Below, one piece after another: positions 26,501 to 39,904 of a stretch of 64,000 nucleotides of DNA. The number at the start of each line of letters is the position of its first letter. Position 1 is the first letter of the stretch. The notes under the pieces were generated by a model that was given only the letters and a program-made list of their open reading frames with translations, was not told the DNA's origin and did no database searches. The DNA lies in the NCBI GenBank assembly GCA_976551045.1, contig CDPCPM010000323.1:4278001-4342000 (forward strand). Reading direction: 5' to 3'. Source of the DNA: Glaucostegus cemiculus. Its lineage: Eukaryota. The translations under genes and the position numbers were made by a program.

Positions 26501-29479
26501 ATCCACACATATCAATATTACAAATTGCATTAGCATATTACCAGTTGCACATTTCCTTTCCAATAAACCTAGTTTTAATGCTGGAACTTCTGTTTCTTTG
26601 CTTTAGATTTAATGATTAATGTAAATTAATCTCACATAGTTTTTATATAGTTTGGATACTTTACAACAAGGGATTTTGATAACCAAGTAAGAATAAGAAA
26701 TTTTGATCTGAAACACTAAAAAACATCCTTAAATATTGGGATTTTGGTATTTGGATGACACATCTTAAAACTTGTGCAGTGATGTTAATCTCTTTAGAAT
26801 GACAATTAAAAATATATTTCTTGGACACACAATAGATTCATTTTCCACCAAAATGTCAAGAAGTTTCAGTCTTTGACTTGTTATTTGTAGCCAGCATTTA
26901 TTTGACTAGATCCTGCTCAATCATTTTAAATTCAGGAAATGATCTCTTCAGGCAAACTTTTTATCAAAGCGATATATTACTTTCATTTGTTCAACTGAAA
27001 ATATGGCTCTATCATAACGCAAAGGAAGAGAGCTGCAAATCAAATTATCTCAGCAATGGTTCAAAACTCCCCCAGAAAGAAACAAAAGTTACAATTTGTA
27101 TTTAAATACCACACAGCAAGCATTTGGCCGCACTTGAGCTATCCTTTAGGCCCCCATTTGTTTCCAAAAATAAGGAAAAATAAAATATCCTGCAGTAAAT
27201 CTTCTATTTTGTTTTTTCAAAATGTTATCTTAATAATTCAAGTTATTCCAGTGAATTAAAATTAAAACTTCAAAGTTATGCAAATTCCTTCAACAAAATC
27301 AAAACAAGTGAGCAAACAAAAATATATGTTTTAATTGTTCAGCCTTAGGTACTGACATATTGAACATTACTGTTTCACTTTGTTATCCCTAGTGTTGATG
27401 CATATACTGATGCACTGATGTTGTCAGCTGAGATATATAATACTCGCAACTTGGAAGATATTATCTCAGGCCAAGGCAGCTGGAAAACTATATTGTTTTA
27501 GCTGAGTACTGTAAACACAGCAGTTTGTAGTAACTGTTTCAACAACCCTTTCAATTTGGTCATTCTTCAAACATTAAATGTATTAAGAATATAGGCAGAA
27601 ATAAGTGAAAGTGTTAGCTATCTTCCATGCATGTTGGTCTTTTACTTACAAAAAGGCAATTGGCATATCAACATTCCAGAAACCCTTCAAAGATTTATAC
27701 TTTTAATTACATATTATTTAAATTCTTCCTGCTGTGTTGGAAAGAATGGTGGAATTGAGAAACATAGTATAATGAGTATTCCATGTGGGGCTAAATTGTG
27801 CAGATTGAGGACACCACTCAGTGTCACTAAGTAACACTTCACAGTAAGGAGATGCTTTTTTATGAAATCAATACTTTTGCTGTACAACTTCCCAAGTGAT
27901 TTTTGAACTTGCAGGAATCTAAAAAGTCACAATTTTCATCAATTTCTCCAGGAGTTCAAGAAGACATTTCTTCACCTCTTTAAATGCTCATTTTGCCAAT
28001 GACACCCACATCCTGAAAGATGAATATTTTTTTAAAAACATGCATGTATCAATTGTTTTATGGCAAGATTTAGGGATACTTTTTGGTAGCTATTTTTTGG
28101 ATAAATTAAGTGCTTAATTTCCTTTTTAGCATCTCATTGATGCTATTCGTCATCAAATTGATATCTGCCTTTTCAATTATAGAAATTTGTCTTAAAAGAA
28201 TGATACTGATTATAACATAGTGCACTTAAAGCAATGTACTTTCCACTTAAAATTATTTACACCCACACAGCCACATTCATTAAAAGAGTGGATAGATTCT
28301 GTGTATATGGATTTCTGGCTATGTAAGAGAATTGCTCATCCATCAGGCAGTCATTTTATTTGAGTTATCTCTAAAAGTTGGAGTATACATGGATGTTTTG
28401 AGCTTGTTGGAATATATTTGCAATCTTTGTGGCAAAGAAGAGAGAGGAACTTATGCTTTCGTGGAAGCATTGAAGTAAACAACTTGGCAGAATTTCAGGA
28501 CTGTGGTTAGTCTAAAGTGAAAAGTTTCCATGTATTTTTCTGCTGTTCCATACTGCCTTCTTTGCTGACTTGAAGGATTTCTTACTCCTCACTGAAGATC
28601 CTATTACCTTGGCCAACCCAAATGTGACCCATTTAACCAAAGCTTTAGATCCTCAAGTTTAAATTTCAGTTAACTCAAACAAGGTAATACTAGAATAAAT
28701 GTGACCACATAAGCAACCCCTTCAGAGCCAACCTACTTACATTCCTGGTTATAAAGAAATGTGCATATTATTGTCATTTTTAGGTAGTGTTTTATTCGTT
28801 TGCTGGTACCTTCACATACTCATGTTAAAGTATTTTAAGATTTTCTTTTGTTATATTCTCTGTCACTTTTGATTAATTGCCCAGGTATTCCTCAGTTTTC
28901 ATCTTTGGATTGAGATTTCTGAAATTTCAGATTTTGGAAATTTGTTCCTTTGTAGATATTCTCAGTTTGTCGTGTGTCAATCATTGTCACATTGCTCAGA
29001 GAAAGTGAAAATTATATTCAAAACATCCATCCAGTCCAAAAGTTGAGAAAAGTGGCTTTGTGGTAGGTGGGGAAAAACCTTGTAAGTTATCCATGTATTT
29101 TATTTGATGAAGCAGGTGTGAAATCTGAATAACACTAAATTAGATCAAACTAAAATAGAACCATTACAATATCATCCAGGAAGTTTTCCTTATCAGTGTC
29201 AATAGTAGTGTTTAGAAAAACAGGAGACCATGAGAGTTCAGCTGGATAGTGTTGGAAGCTGATGATGTATTATTAATCCATGCCTGGTTATCTCAGGAAA
29301 TTTCTGTTTATGAGAATACTGTCCAGCCAGCACTAATGGAACCACTGTTTGCCTTAATGCAACAATAGCCCAATTTTGTGAGTGACAGGCATGGGTTTGT
29401 GCTCACCTGATACCCTTGAAGCCTCCTACAGAGAAGGTGCATTGTGGCTGCAGCAGATCAGTAAAATAATTTTGCAAGT

Positions 29480-29760
29480 GATTGTATCTCGGGACAAAAC
29501 AAATCACAGGACAGAATGGGTTCCACAAATTTTGGGCACTCCTTTGGACGTTTTAGTGGAGAAGGTAGGGGAGAGGTGAGATAACCTCCGCCTGCTGGGA
29601 GCCAGCAGGCCATCCTGTGGAAAGGCAGGAGGGTACAGTCCTGGAGGAATCAAACTGAAAGAGACCAGAGGTAGTGCCACAAAAAGTAAGAAAATTTCGT
29701 TGGAGTGGTCAGGGTCAGTAACTTGAAATGTCTGATCTAGCACAGCCGGTATTTCTTCAA
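29480..29760 (+). pseudogene. Possible Harbinger Myb/SANT-like ORF remnant
   Basis: LDVLVEKVGER*D...RP...W resembles the Myb/SANT-like protein of PIF/Harbinger elements; heavily decayed. Confidence 0.3.
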
Positions 29761-30196
29761 ATACCATATCTCATAAAGTGAACCACATAGCCTCATGCAC
29801 TGCTCAATGCACTGCTTCCCCACCACTCACTGATTAACAATCACTGTCAACATAATGTTTCTACAGTCCATTGCCCTGTATTACACCTAACATCCCATAG
29901 CTTTACACCCACATCTCCCAAACACATTAAGTCACATTCACAAACACTAATCCCTCAATTTTGCAGGACATCCAGGTCCATAACTGGAACCAGCAACACA
30001 AAACAGTGTTTCAGGGCCAGCTCCATTAGTTTACAGGCCTGGAAGAGCGTGTCCTCTCCAGAATGGGAAGGTCATGCCATTAACCTTCCTATATCCCACT
30101 TCCTCTCTGACCTACAATCGGCTGAAGGTGTAAGTGTACATCTCTTGCTTTCCCCCCTTCCTTAACAAAACTCTGCCCCTGGTGACCTGGCCCTTT

Positions 30197-30604
30197 TGTC
30201 ATGATTCTGAGTACTGGCCCTTGATTTGGCTCCTTAGATGCCTCATTGTACAGCACATGAATTCCATGCTGGACTGATTGCATAATGACACACAACCGAG
30301 CCCCATCAGGGGCCTAGCATAAGTACCTGGGTTTCTCTAGCACTAGTTGCCAGAGGACTAATCAACCTTCAGGTATACTTTGGCTCCTAGCTGCTTAGAG
30401 TGGTCTACTCTAGAACAGTCCTGTGTTCTCTATTCCTGCTTGAAGATTCAGTTTGTGTTGGGATTACTACTCAGATCTCTGAGGCAAGATTCCTTCCAGT
30501 TGCTGCCTGTGTTTGGTTCTGAGGAAGTATCCTGACTCCAGTCTTGTACCAGTGTGCTGCATTTGGGTTCTCTGTGAGCTTGCTTTTCAGTCAACATTGT
30601 GACA
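30197..30604. mobile_element. Solo LTR, copy B
   Basis: TGTCA...TGACA termini, 5-bp TSD CCTTT at 30192-30196 and 30605-30609. Confidence 0.9.
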
Positions 30605-30812
30605 CCTTTATAGTAGCCAAGAACAGTATGCTGGCCAGGCAGTGGTGGAGGAGAGGAAAAATAGTGATGAGGAAGAAGCCATATGTCCATTTGAGTTGAC
30701 ACTCCTGGATGTAAGATCAGATATTGACACTTTGCATACAGTGACAGATCTGGGCATAGTCACTCACCAACTTTAAAGTGAGGGGAAAGGGTAGTTTAAG
30801 TGGCAGCTTCCC

Positions 30813-31362
30813 AGAGTCATAGAGCAAAGCAGTACAGATACAGGCACTTCGGCCAACATGTCTGTGCTGACCACAGGCCCCACCCAGCTAGTCTCAATTT
30901 CCTTCATTCTAAGCCCTGCCCCTCCATTTACCTATCCAAGTGCTTCTTAAATGATACTGTTGTACCTGCCTCAACCACTTCCTCTGGCAGCTCGTTCCAT
31001 ATACTCGCCACTCTCTGCATGAAAAAGTTACCCCTCAGGTCCCTCTTAAATCTTTCCCCTCTCACCCTCAATCTATGCACCCTAGATTTGGACTACCCAA
31101 CCTTGGGGATAAACTGTTATATTCCACCTTAACTATGCCTCTCATCATTTTAGACATTTCTGTAAGGTCACCCCTCATTTTCCTACATTCCAAGGAATAA
31201 AGACCTAGCCTGGCCAAGCTCTCCCTATAACTCAGACCCTCTAGTCCTGGTAACATCCTCGTAAATCTTTTCTGCACTCTTTCCATTTTAACCATGTCTT
31301 TACTGTAAGGGGGTGACCAAGACTGTACTCCAAGTGCGGCCCCACCAACGACTTGTACAATT
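30813..31362 (-). mobile_element. CR1 LINE: ORF2 C-terminus plus 3' UTR
   Basis: ERVQKRFTRMLPGLEGLSYRESLARLGLYSLECRKMRGDL (31068-31295) is the CR1 ORF2 C-terminal signature; (ctctatga)-type tail. Confidence 0.92.
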
Positions 31363-32154
31363 GTTGTGTTGGATTGTATAAGAGGTTAAAGCTGCACAGA
31401 AATTCCATTACAAAGAACTCAGATCAGTACTTAACTGAACAGGCTTCACAATAGTCTGAAAGCATGCACAATGTAGTACTAGGAGCTTGCTAGAAAGCTT
31501 GCATGCAGTGACATGGAGTATGAAGGATTCAAGCACAATTGCTGCACAGAACTTTATTTGGAGTGCTTCATTTCCAGCACACTGGTGGACTCAAACATTG
31601 AACAGACTCTAACACCTTCAGGTATACAGGTCTCAGCTTCTATTGGTTGGTGCTGTAGTAGACAGTCAATCTTCTTTCATTCAGTATAAACTTGATATTG
31701 TGTCATGATACCATGGTTCAGTATTCTGCCCTCCAACACAGCATTAGGATGGCTCTGGTGCCATCTTGGGGGAGCTACAGTGGCTCTGAGGACCATGATG
31801 TTCCTGAACTCTCAACAGCATAACATTTGTTGATCCCAACATATCCACTTTGCCAATTCCTTTGCTGTTGCCTGTCAGCCAGTCTAAACTGTTGCTGCCC
31901 TATCGGAGAAGATGTAGTCTGAAGCTGGGCTTTCTTGCCTGAAGTTGCTTGAGGTTGTTCAGCAACCTCTTCTCCTGAAAGTCAGCAAGCCATGCAGGAG
32001 CCATGGATCTATGCTCGGTAGGATTACAAGATCAGGCAAAGGTACACAGGATGTGACCACTAAAAGTTTATCACACACAAACATAAAGTAATCACCATTA
32101 TGCATTCTTTGATGCATGGTTTGATGTACAAATTTGATTTAGTATCATGATTGT

Positions 32155-32500
32155 AGAGTCAGAGAGTAGAGTCATAAACTCATATAGTACGGAAACAGGC
32201 CCTTCAGCCCATTGAGTGCTTGCCCACCATTTACACTAGTCACACTTTATTCTCCCAGTATCCCCATCAGCTCCATCCAGATTCCATCACTCACCTGCAC
32301 TAGGGGCAATTTACAGTGACTAATTAACCTACCAAACTGTGTTTCTTTGAGATATGGGAGGGAACTGGAGCATCCGGTAGAAGCCCATGTAGTCGCTGGG
32401 AGAACGTACAAACTCCCTGCAGACAGCACCGGAGGTCGGGATTGAATACAGCTCACTGAATTGTGAGACAACAGCTCTGCAAGCTGCATCACTGTGCCTC
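32155..32500 (-). mobile_element. tRNA-derived V-SINE (HE1-like), near full length
   Basis: Head with B box, V-domain ggagtttgtacgttctccc, CR1-derived tail; homologous to 4018-4330. Confidence 0.85.
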
Positions 32501-32719
32501 CTGCATTGTATGGGGGCTTTATTTGGCATTATGGTCAACTGGTTCCTATAACGATCAGCAACAGAAGAGTTGTAGGGAATGGAGAATTAGAATTGTTTTC
32601 ATTGGTAATATATGTAATATCATTTCTTAACATCAATTGTTTCTTTCAGGTTTAAAGAGCAGGTCATGTGACTAGCTGCTCTCTGGGCTTCATTAATATT
32701 CATAGCATGTTTCAGAGTT

Positions 32720-32940
32720 GGTCTGTGGAGGGCCTTTGAGTAAAAGAGGTACAGCAAGGCGATAGAAGAAATGCATGTTCTCACGAAATGTCACCCACCC
32801 ATCCCATCAGGCACCCCTTGCCCCATCTGCGGATGATTCTGCCGTTCTCACATTGGCCTCATTAACCATCTAAGAAGCCAAAAAAACAGAGTGAAAATGA
32901 GTCAGCCCCAATCCCAGTGATCTGCCTGAGAGGAAGAAAG
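32720..32940 (+). mobile_element. RTE-type LINE 3' end
   Basis: tgccccatctgcgga...tctcacattggcctcattaaccatcta reads CPICG*FCRSHIGLINHL, the terminal zinc finger of RTE-like ORFs. Confidence 0.6.
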
Positions 32941-33299
32941 GTGTGAGAACTCAGAACTAATTGCAACAAGTCTAATGTGCAGTCTTTGAACACATGTAGC
33001 ATTTGTACAATATGTTGTAATTAATAGGCACATCTAGTAACCGTTGAAGTGTAAGGCAGTACATGGTGGCAATCCAGTCCCACTCTGATAACATTGGAAA
33101 TTTTCCATTGGTACAATAAAACACAGGAGTCCTTCCAAGTGTATATCAAATGGATGGAAATACCCTTCGGGATAAAGTAGAAGGCGTATGCAAAATTGTT
33201 TGGAATGAAGTCATGCATGAATGCAAGAAGGAGAACCTTTTCAGTAGGAACTGGGCCAGATACTTATACAATGTTGGCATTTAATAAAGTAATGGAAAA

Positions 33300-35910
33300 G
33301 TTATAGAATCATTTCAAGCCAACAATGTCAGAGATTATAATAAGTTTGTAAACAATAATTAGAGGATTGAAATGATGATTCACAATTACAAAATTGTTCT
33401 GAAAACCTGTTGCAACAAACCATTTTTGGCAAAGTTTTGGATTGAGATCTTTCTGTGTGTACTTACTGATTGGCATATCCAGCACAAGTTAGTAAAACTC
33501 AAACATCCATGTAAGATTGCTAAATTATGAAAATGGTACATAAAATGTGAAGGTATTTTTGCTTATGTGGGACATTAGCACACATGCAGCACACAGGCCA
33601 ATGAAAGGACCAACGGTGGAAACTCTGCCTTTGTATCTGGTTCAAATGTGGGAAGCTCTCTTGCTGTTGCAATCAGAGTTATTCAGCAGAAGTGCATCAC
33701 TCTAGAAACAAGATGTTTCAATATCGGAAGGTGAGACCACGTGGTCTCTTTATGCAAGGTTATACGAAGGATAGCAAGCCAAAGTAGTGTCAGTCAAGCA
33801 AAGGATTAATGAAAGGGGAATAATTATAATGGAAGACCACAGAAAAGAAATTTGCATTTCATTGAAGGGGATGAGTCATGTGAGGTGGATCATTTAAATA
33901 GTATATACATGACTAATAATAAACAAACAGTGAACTCAAAATTAAAGATTAATCATCAAGACTGCCATATGAATAGTAATAGAGTTGCAGGCTGCTCCAT
34001 CATCAGAAGGGATGCATATGTCTAGATGTTCAAGAAGATGCACATTAAGATTGAGTGCATATTCTAGTGAGACCTGTGAATATTAGGACAAATAGAATGT
34101 GCAGACCTCCACAATGGGCAAAAGGCAGGGTCGCTGATTGTTGTGGCTGTTTCGCTTAATAGACCAAATCTGCTGGGGAGAGACAGTGAAAGAATTGAGG
34201 ATGGTTTGTGAAAATGTATTGGTATGCATGTATCATGGCCATGTTTGAAAAAGCTTTTGGAATGGCATGAAATTATATTTAAAGATTTGTACAGAGGAAA
34301 TACAGGATCCAAGTTCTTTAAGAGCTATCAAAGCAAGTGCTAAACTTATCAATTGTAAACTTTTCTCAATCTGAGGTAAACACCCAAGTAGAAAAAGAGT
34401 GAAACAAAGTGGAAAGTCACAGAATGTTGGCAAAAAATGATACACAGTGATTGGGTGACGCCCAACTTGTAGTATCCAAGGCAGTTAAGAAAGTCCAATA
34501 CCACAGAAATTATAAAGTAACCATTAATAGGTCAATGAAGGATGGACAATATTGTTGTGCCTTAAAAGTTATATGTCAAATTGGCAGAGGTGAAGTTTCT
34601 TAACAAATTAGATTTGACAAACTTCGTTGCCCAGCTTAATGTAGGTGAAGAAAGCCAACACAGCTTGACAGTTAACATCCACAAGGGATTACATTAGTAA
34701 ATTAAGGTACTGTATGGGTACAATCATCATCAAAAATAATCTAGGCAACGGTGGATAAGATTGTATCTAACTGCAATAGAGTAAGAAAACTTTCAAATAC
34801 TAAGGGTGTGTTCAATAGACTTCACTAAAATAATTCCAGGCTTAAAAGAAATAAAAAATGCCTTCAAGCAAAAGGAAGATTGATAATGAGGTCTGCAAAT
34901 GGATGAAAATGACTTGCAGCTTATCAAAGAGAAAATTGAAACAACCACCAGAGTCAGAAAACCCAGACAGGTCACTAAACTTTGGCCTTTGTGAGGTGTG
35001 ATCCAATATAGTGATAGATTTTTACTTGACCTTGCACTGAGTTAACTAATTCAGCAGATATTAGAGAAAGATACAGCATGGCAGAGCGAAATAAATCAGC
35101 AAAGGATATATGATCTGGGCAAGAAAGGCCTCAGCATTACAGCACCAAATGGATGCTGAAGCATTCTTGTGGTGTTACTGAATGTGGAGTTAGAGCAGTG
35201 ATAAGTCACGGAATGGAGAGTTGCATTGAAAAACATGTTACTTACACCTTGTCAAAAGTACCTCAGGAAGGAACATGGGAAGTGAAATTGATACGTTATA
35301 GATGGTAGAAGGCAGGTTTCCTATCTCTGGAAATAGCTAAAGCTATGCAAGATGACTCAATTTTTTCAAAGATATAGAACAGATACGCTCCTCAACAAAA
35401 TGCACTCTGGATGAAATGCTCAGGAGACTAAAGACATGGTTGAGTCTTATTCATTCTAATTTGGGAGTAAAGGCGGTGAAAACAATTCACAGAGTAAGAA
35501 TCACAACAAAAACTGCAAGGAGCAGAGGTTCCAATTGTGCACTGAGATATCTCAGAAGATCAGCAGTGGAAAGATTTATCTTATAATATTTGGTGTGAAA
35601 TATGAAAAAGTCCATGTTAGACCACTTGCTTCCAGTTCACAGTTGTTGGAAGAGCAGCAGGGAAAGCTTCCAGATTGAAAATGTTGCTGAAGTGGATTCC
35701 ACAATTGTTCAAGAAGCAACAGGTAAGATCTTCTGATGAGACAATATGGCTAAGATGGAAAGTACTCCTACATCTGTTGAATTTGTAAATTCTGAACGAG
35801 TAACACCAGCACCACTGTATAGATTATAAAGACAATGAAGACCTGTTGCTTGGTTAAAAACATTAATGTTTTATTTTTTTGCAAAAATAAGGGAACCCAT
35901 AAAGAAAAGA
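33300..35910 (+). mobile_element. Decayed Gypsy LTR-retrotransposon internal region
   Basis: Gag knuckle CFNIGR*DHVVSLC (about 33715), protease-end PNLLGR (about 34165), RT motifs WVTP...YKVTIN...KLDL...LTVNIHKGL (34450-34720); many stops and frameshifts. Confidence 0.8.
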
Positions 35911-36639
35911 ATGTGTAATAATGGTTGTGAACAATAATTATCATCCCTTTAATGACTGAGGGTTTATTGGTTTATTCAATAAAGATGGATCTAATATCAA
36001 ATAGTAAGGTTTAAATTTATGTACCGAATGCAAAGTGAAGGGTTATTCAATGTATAGGATAACATGATGGTTGGTTGAGTGATTTTTGTACCTCAGGACA
36101 TGGAAGAAATATTTTGCCTAGAAATTGTAGTTCACCTATTTTTTGCATGATAAAACATGGCAGTATTTTACACTAACACTCAAGTCAGGTTCCTAATTAT
36201 TGGTCAAAGTTAAGTTTGGGAAAACTTTTGAGTGGTTTACAAACTCTAAAAGAGGATCTGCTGATTCCCAATGGGACCTCACTCAGTTTTGCTTATCCCC
36301 CAACACTCTGTTGTTCAGTACACTTCCCATGGCAGCCAGATAACAGCAATACACACAGATGCTGCAGGGGAGAAGAAGACTGCTCACACATTCATTCAGA
36401 GAGACATTCAAGTCCTGGCCAATTAAGTACATGCCTGGAAGAAGGTTCCATGCTCTGGGGGCACTAGGCAACCTATCAAACCTACCATTAGAAGAGCCTG
36501 GCAGGATCTCACTACATTAGTTTCCTTCTCCTAGAAAACAGAAAAACACAAAAGAAATTTCATGTCCAAACATTGTAGCTTGGAGTGGTTAACACAACAA
36601 TTTTTGCACCAGAGGTGTGGAAATCCTTGAACTTTGTTT

Positions 36640-36797
36640 TTTTTTGTTCTAATTGTGTTCTTTCTTGTAAAAAAAAAGTGTATAATTTATGTTTTTTCTT
36701 ATGAATGCTTATATGATGCTATATGCCTGTGATGCTGCTCCAAGTAAGTTTTTTGTTGCACCTGTGCATGCACTTACCTCGACTTTGACTTTGACTC
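36640..36797 (+). mobile_element. Rex1/Babar 3' UTR tail
   Basis: tgcctgtgatgctgctccaagtaagttttt...gcacctgtgca...gactttgactttgact, reverse-similar to 16166-16270. Confidence 0.7.
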
Positions 36798-38149
36798 ATA
36801 TAAGGAAATTCAGAGATGTTGTAGCAAACTATTTCTCAAATTGTTGCAGAGATTCACTCATTCATGTGCTGTAGTCAGTGTTGGTAGATCTGCAAGGCAT
36901 AATGTGAAGGATTTTAATGCATCATCTGGGTTCCCCCACCTCATTAATGATGATAAGTTTTGAAGTGAGAGCGTGGTTGAAGGTCTTCCCCAGAATGTTG
37001 GGTATTTCAATTATGACATATTTGGAAAACCTAAGCTATTACTTATCAGAAAGACCAGGGCACAATGTGAGAATAGATATGTGTGTCTCTCCTTTCCCAG
37101 GGACCCTATCACACACCAGCCAAGGCCACATTGCCACCTCCAATAGTGACTCTTCCACCAGTGTTCACCATGAAGCATCCCTTGAACAAGCATCTTGACA
37201 TATATTTGCTGAAGAAAACTCTCCCCTTAAGTTACTGCACATTAGAAAGAGTCCAACAGCCTTTTTTCTGCTGAGATTGCCAAGGCATCCCTTTAAATAG
37301 AAAGAAATACAACAAAACTAGTGTAATGCATCTAGTGGTACTGACTGTCCTATTACAATCCTAATGTGGAGCTTTGAGCTGGAAAATAGGCATTACAAAT
37401 AATGACATCAACCAGTGCATGTCTGACCCGGGGAAAAGTCAAGCACATTCACATGGATCATGGGCAAAGATGTTCAATCGAATTTTCTGATTGGCATGAC
37501 TTCAGTCAGAAGCATCTACTCCAGGCAAAATTGAATTTAGCACTATTTTTATTCAAAAAGTGGGTGCTATGTTGTCTATTTTCTAGGCTTTTGTGCCTCA
37601 CTATAGTTATCATAGATTGCTGCAAATTGGATGTGTGTCTTATTATCAGAAAGTACATTTCTTTGCAAGGTTCCAGTTCAATAGTATATAGTAATAGCAA
37701 TAGTATAAGTCAGTGGAGAGCTTTGGTGTTTGCTAATGACTGTTCTCTCATTTTTGACTAGGTGATAAAATACATAATATTGTATTTGCAGCATTTTTCC
37801 CTTAACAGATTTGAAACATTGTCTGTTGAGAATAGTCTTAAGAACTAAAGCATCGTGTTATTATAATAGATGATCAGCTTCAACACTTACAATTCTTTTC
37901 ACTGTCACTATGAGTCTGCTCCCTTTGCTAATAATTCAGCCATTCGCAGTATGATTACTCACCTAATTTGAGGAGCAAGCAATCACTAGTTTACTGCAGA
38001 AAAAAATCCTACGCAGACTTGGACAATGATCTATCCACTGTACAGCAGTAGCAAGCTGTCGTTAATTATAAAATTCGGTTTTGTGGTTTGGCAATTACAA
38101 ACAGTAATTTCTCCAATAAAGGCAGATCAAGAAAAGAATTAAGTTTGAA

Positions 38150-38345
38150 GCAATGTTACGGATGTATTAATTTGGAGTGCTTTGCCTGAAAATATGATGC
38201 AAAGCAGATCAGAGTGGATTCAAAAAGGAATTGGATATACACAGGAAAATGAAAAGTTTATTGGCTTTGGGAATCTTTGGATAGTCCTTTGAAAGAGTTG
38301 ACACAGACATAAAGGGCTAAATGGCCTTCCCTTCTCCCACATGGT
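38150..38345 (+). mobile_element. CR1-type LINE 3' end, decayed
   Basis: ttcaaaaaggaattggatata...gacataaagggctaaatggccttcc. Confidence 0.65.
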
Positions 38346-39690
38346 GCTAGGGTTAACATTTACCAGGTTTCTAAGAGCATAAGGATTACTAAGGCTGTAG
38401 TTTATTGCTGCTTCTCTATGCATAATATGTTCAGATCAGTAACACAGAAGCTCATGAGTTTTTCTTTGAGCAGAACTTACCTGCACAGTAGTTTTGCATT
38501 GCTGCTTGTAAGAGGAAATTTAATTAATGGATTATCTGCTGTGGTGTTATTGAAATTACTGGATAAATCAACAGTGGGGCACATTAGGTTCACTTTCCAT
38601 TACCTTAGTCATGCCTGAAGCAGGAAAAATGAAATAGTTGCCTAATTATCAGTTGATCTTTATTAGTTGGAAAACACCAGACCTATACATGAGGGTAAGA
38701 AACCCCACTTTTAGAAAGATTTGCTAACCACTGAGTGAAAGTCAGCCCATCGCCAAAAGCATGTTATTCTTACCATAAATCATAACAAAGTACCTATATA
38801 GCTTATTTATTTTTGAAAGAGTTATTTCTGATTTGCCTGCCACTCAGCCACTCGCTCAGTGAGGAGGTCCATCTGCAACATAGCATTGAATTTTGCACCT
38901 CAAAACCAGGCCCTGAGGAGCCAACATTACTCCAGCAGTTGGCAGTGAAGAAATAAACTAATGTCTCAGCACAAAAGCCAAATTGACACTTTATTACATT
39001 CTTCCAGCCACACCCTTCTGTACCTCTTCTGAGAATATACTTTATCTTTTCTGATAATATACTCTATCAATGTCATTCTTACAACCTAAACACACTGCTA
39101 CTTGCATATTACTATGAACTTATTTTTTGCTAAATGTATACAGATTTGATGTGATGATGCAATATTTATAAGACCAGAATTCAATATTTTTGCAAATGTT
39201 AACAGCGCCCCTCATTCATCAATAATGAAAATTCCAATACCTGTGAAGGCTGAAGAAGGTTTAAAAAAATTCCCAAATCAAAACGTTTGTGGATATGCCA
39301 CTTAAACCCATTTGGAGAGTGGAGTAATAATATTCTTTATAATCTAGTAACAATGCAAAAATCTGCTTGTACTTCTCATTGGAAATAGTTCCACCATGTT
39401 AATCTTGTGGTGGCCAAGGTTAATAGAGTTCTCCGTTGATGTTTCCAAAAAGATGTGGCAGCAATCGTTCTGTTGTTGCTTTCCTTGCTCCAGTATAATA
39501 TGGCTGATGTATATTTAAGCACAAGCCTGGAACTTCCCTTTAATCTATCCTGAAACCTAGAACTGAAATATCACCATTATTTTGGAAATTACACCAAAGT
39601 ATCCTTCAAGTCCTTTTAGAAATCAGACAAACTTAGCTTAAGCTAGAGTAAACAGTGCTAAAGAAAACCACTGAGCTCATTTCTTTTTTA

Positions 39691-39848
39691 AGAGCATGGC
39701 CCCAGCGGACCACCTGTCTGCTGGAACTGGACTAGGTGTTGGAGAGGATCACGTCTCCATGCTTGCTAGGTGAATGCATCCCCTGGAAAATCTGTACGCG
39801 CTCTACATCGCAAACAGTGACTGCCACGGACTCTACAACTTCAAGCAG
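39691..39848 (+). pseudogene. IGFBP2: IGFBP2-like pseudogene fragment (exon 3, start of the thyroglobulin type-1 domain)
   Basis: 39706-39848 translates RTTCLLELD*VLERITSPCLLGEC-/PLENLYALYIANSDCHGLYNFKQ|gtaact versus recalled IGFBP2 [48 protein letters not shown]|. It has a premature TAG (39733-39735), a 1-nt deletion near 39779, and a donor at the conserved position. Confidence 0.85.
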
Positions 39849-39904
39849 GTAACTCAGTCTGGGACTTCTCTCGTCCAACCCTTTCTGTGTTGATGGCGCT
39901 AAAT

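Noticed and set aside
15368-30604. One 15-kb full-length LTR retroelement
   Set aside because: Each LTR has its own distinct TSD and I see no gag-pol between them.
33012-36180. Paired LTRs around the first Gypsy remnant
   Set aside because: The flanks show no visible similarity to each other.
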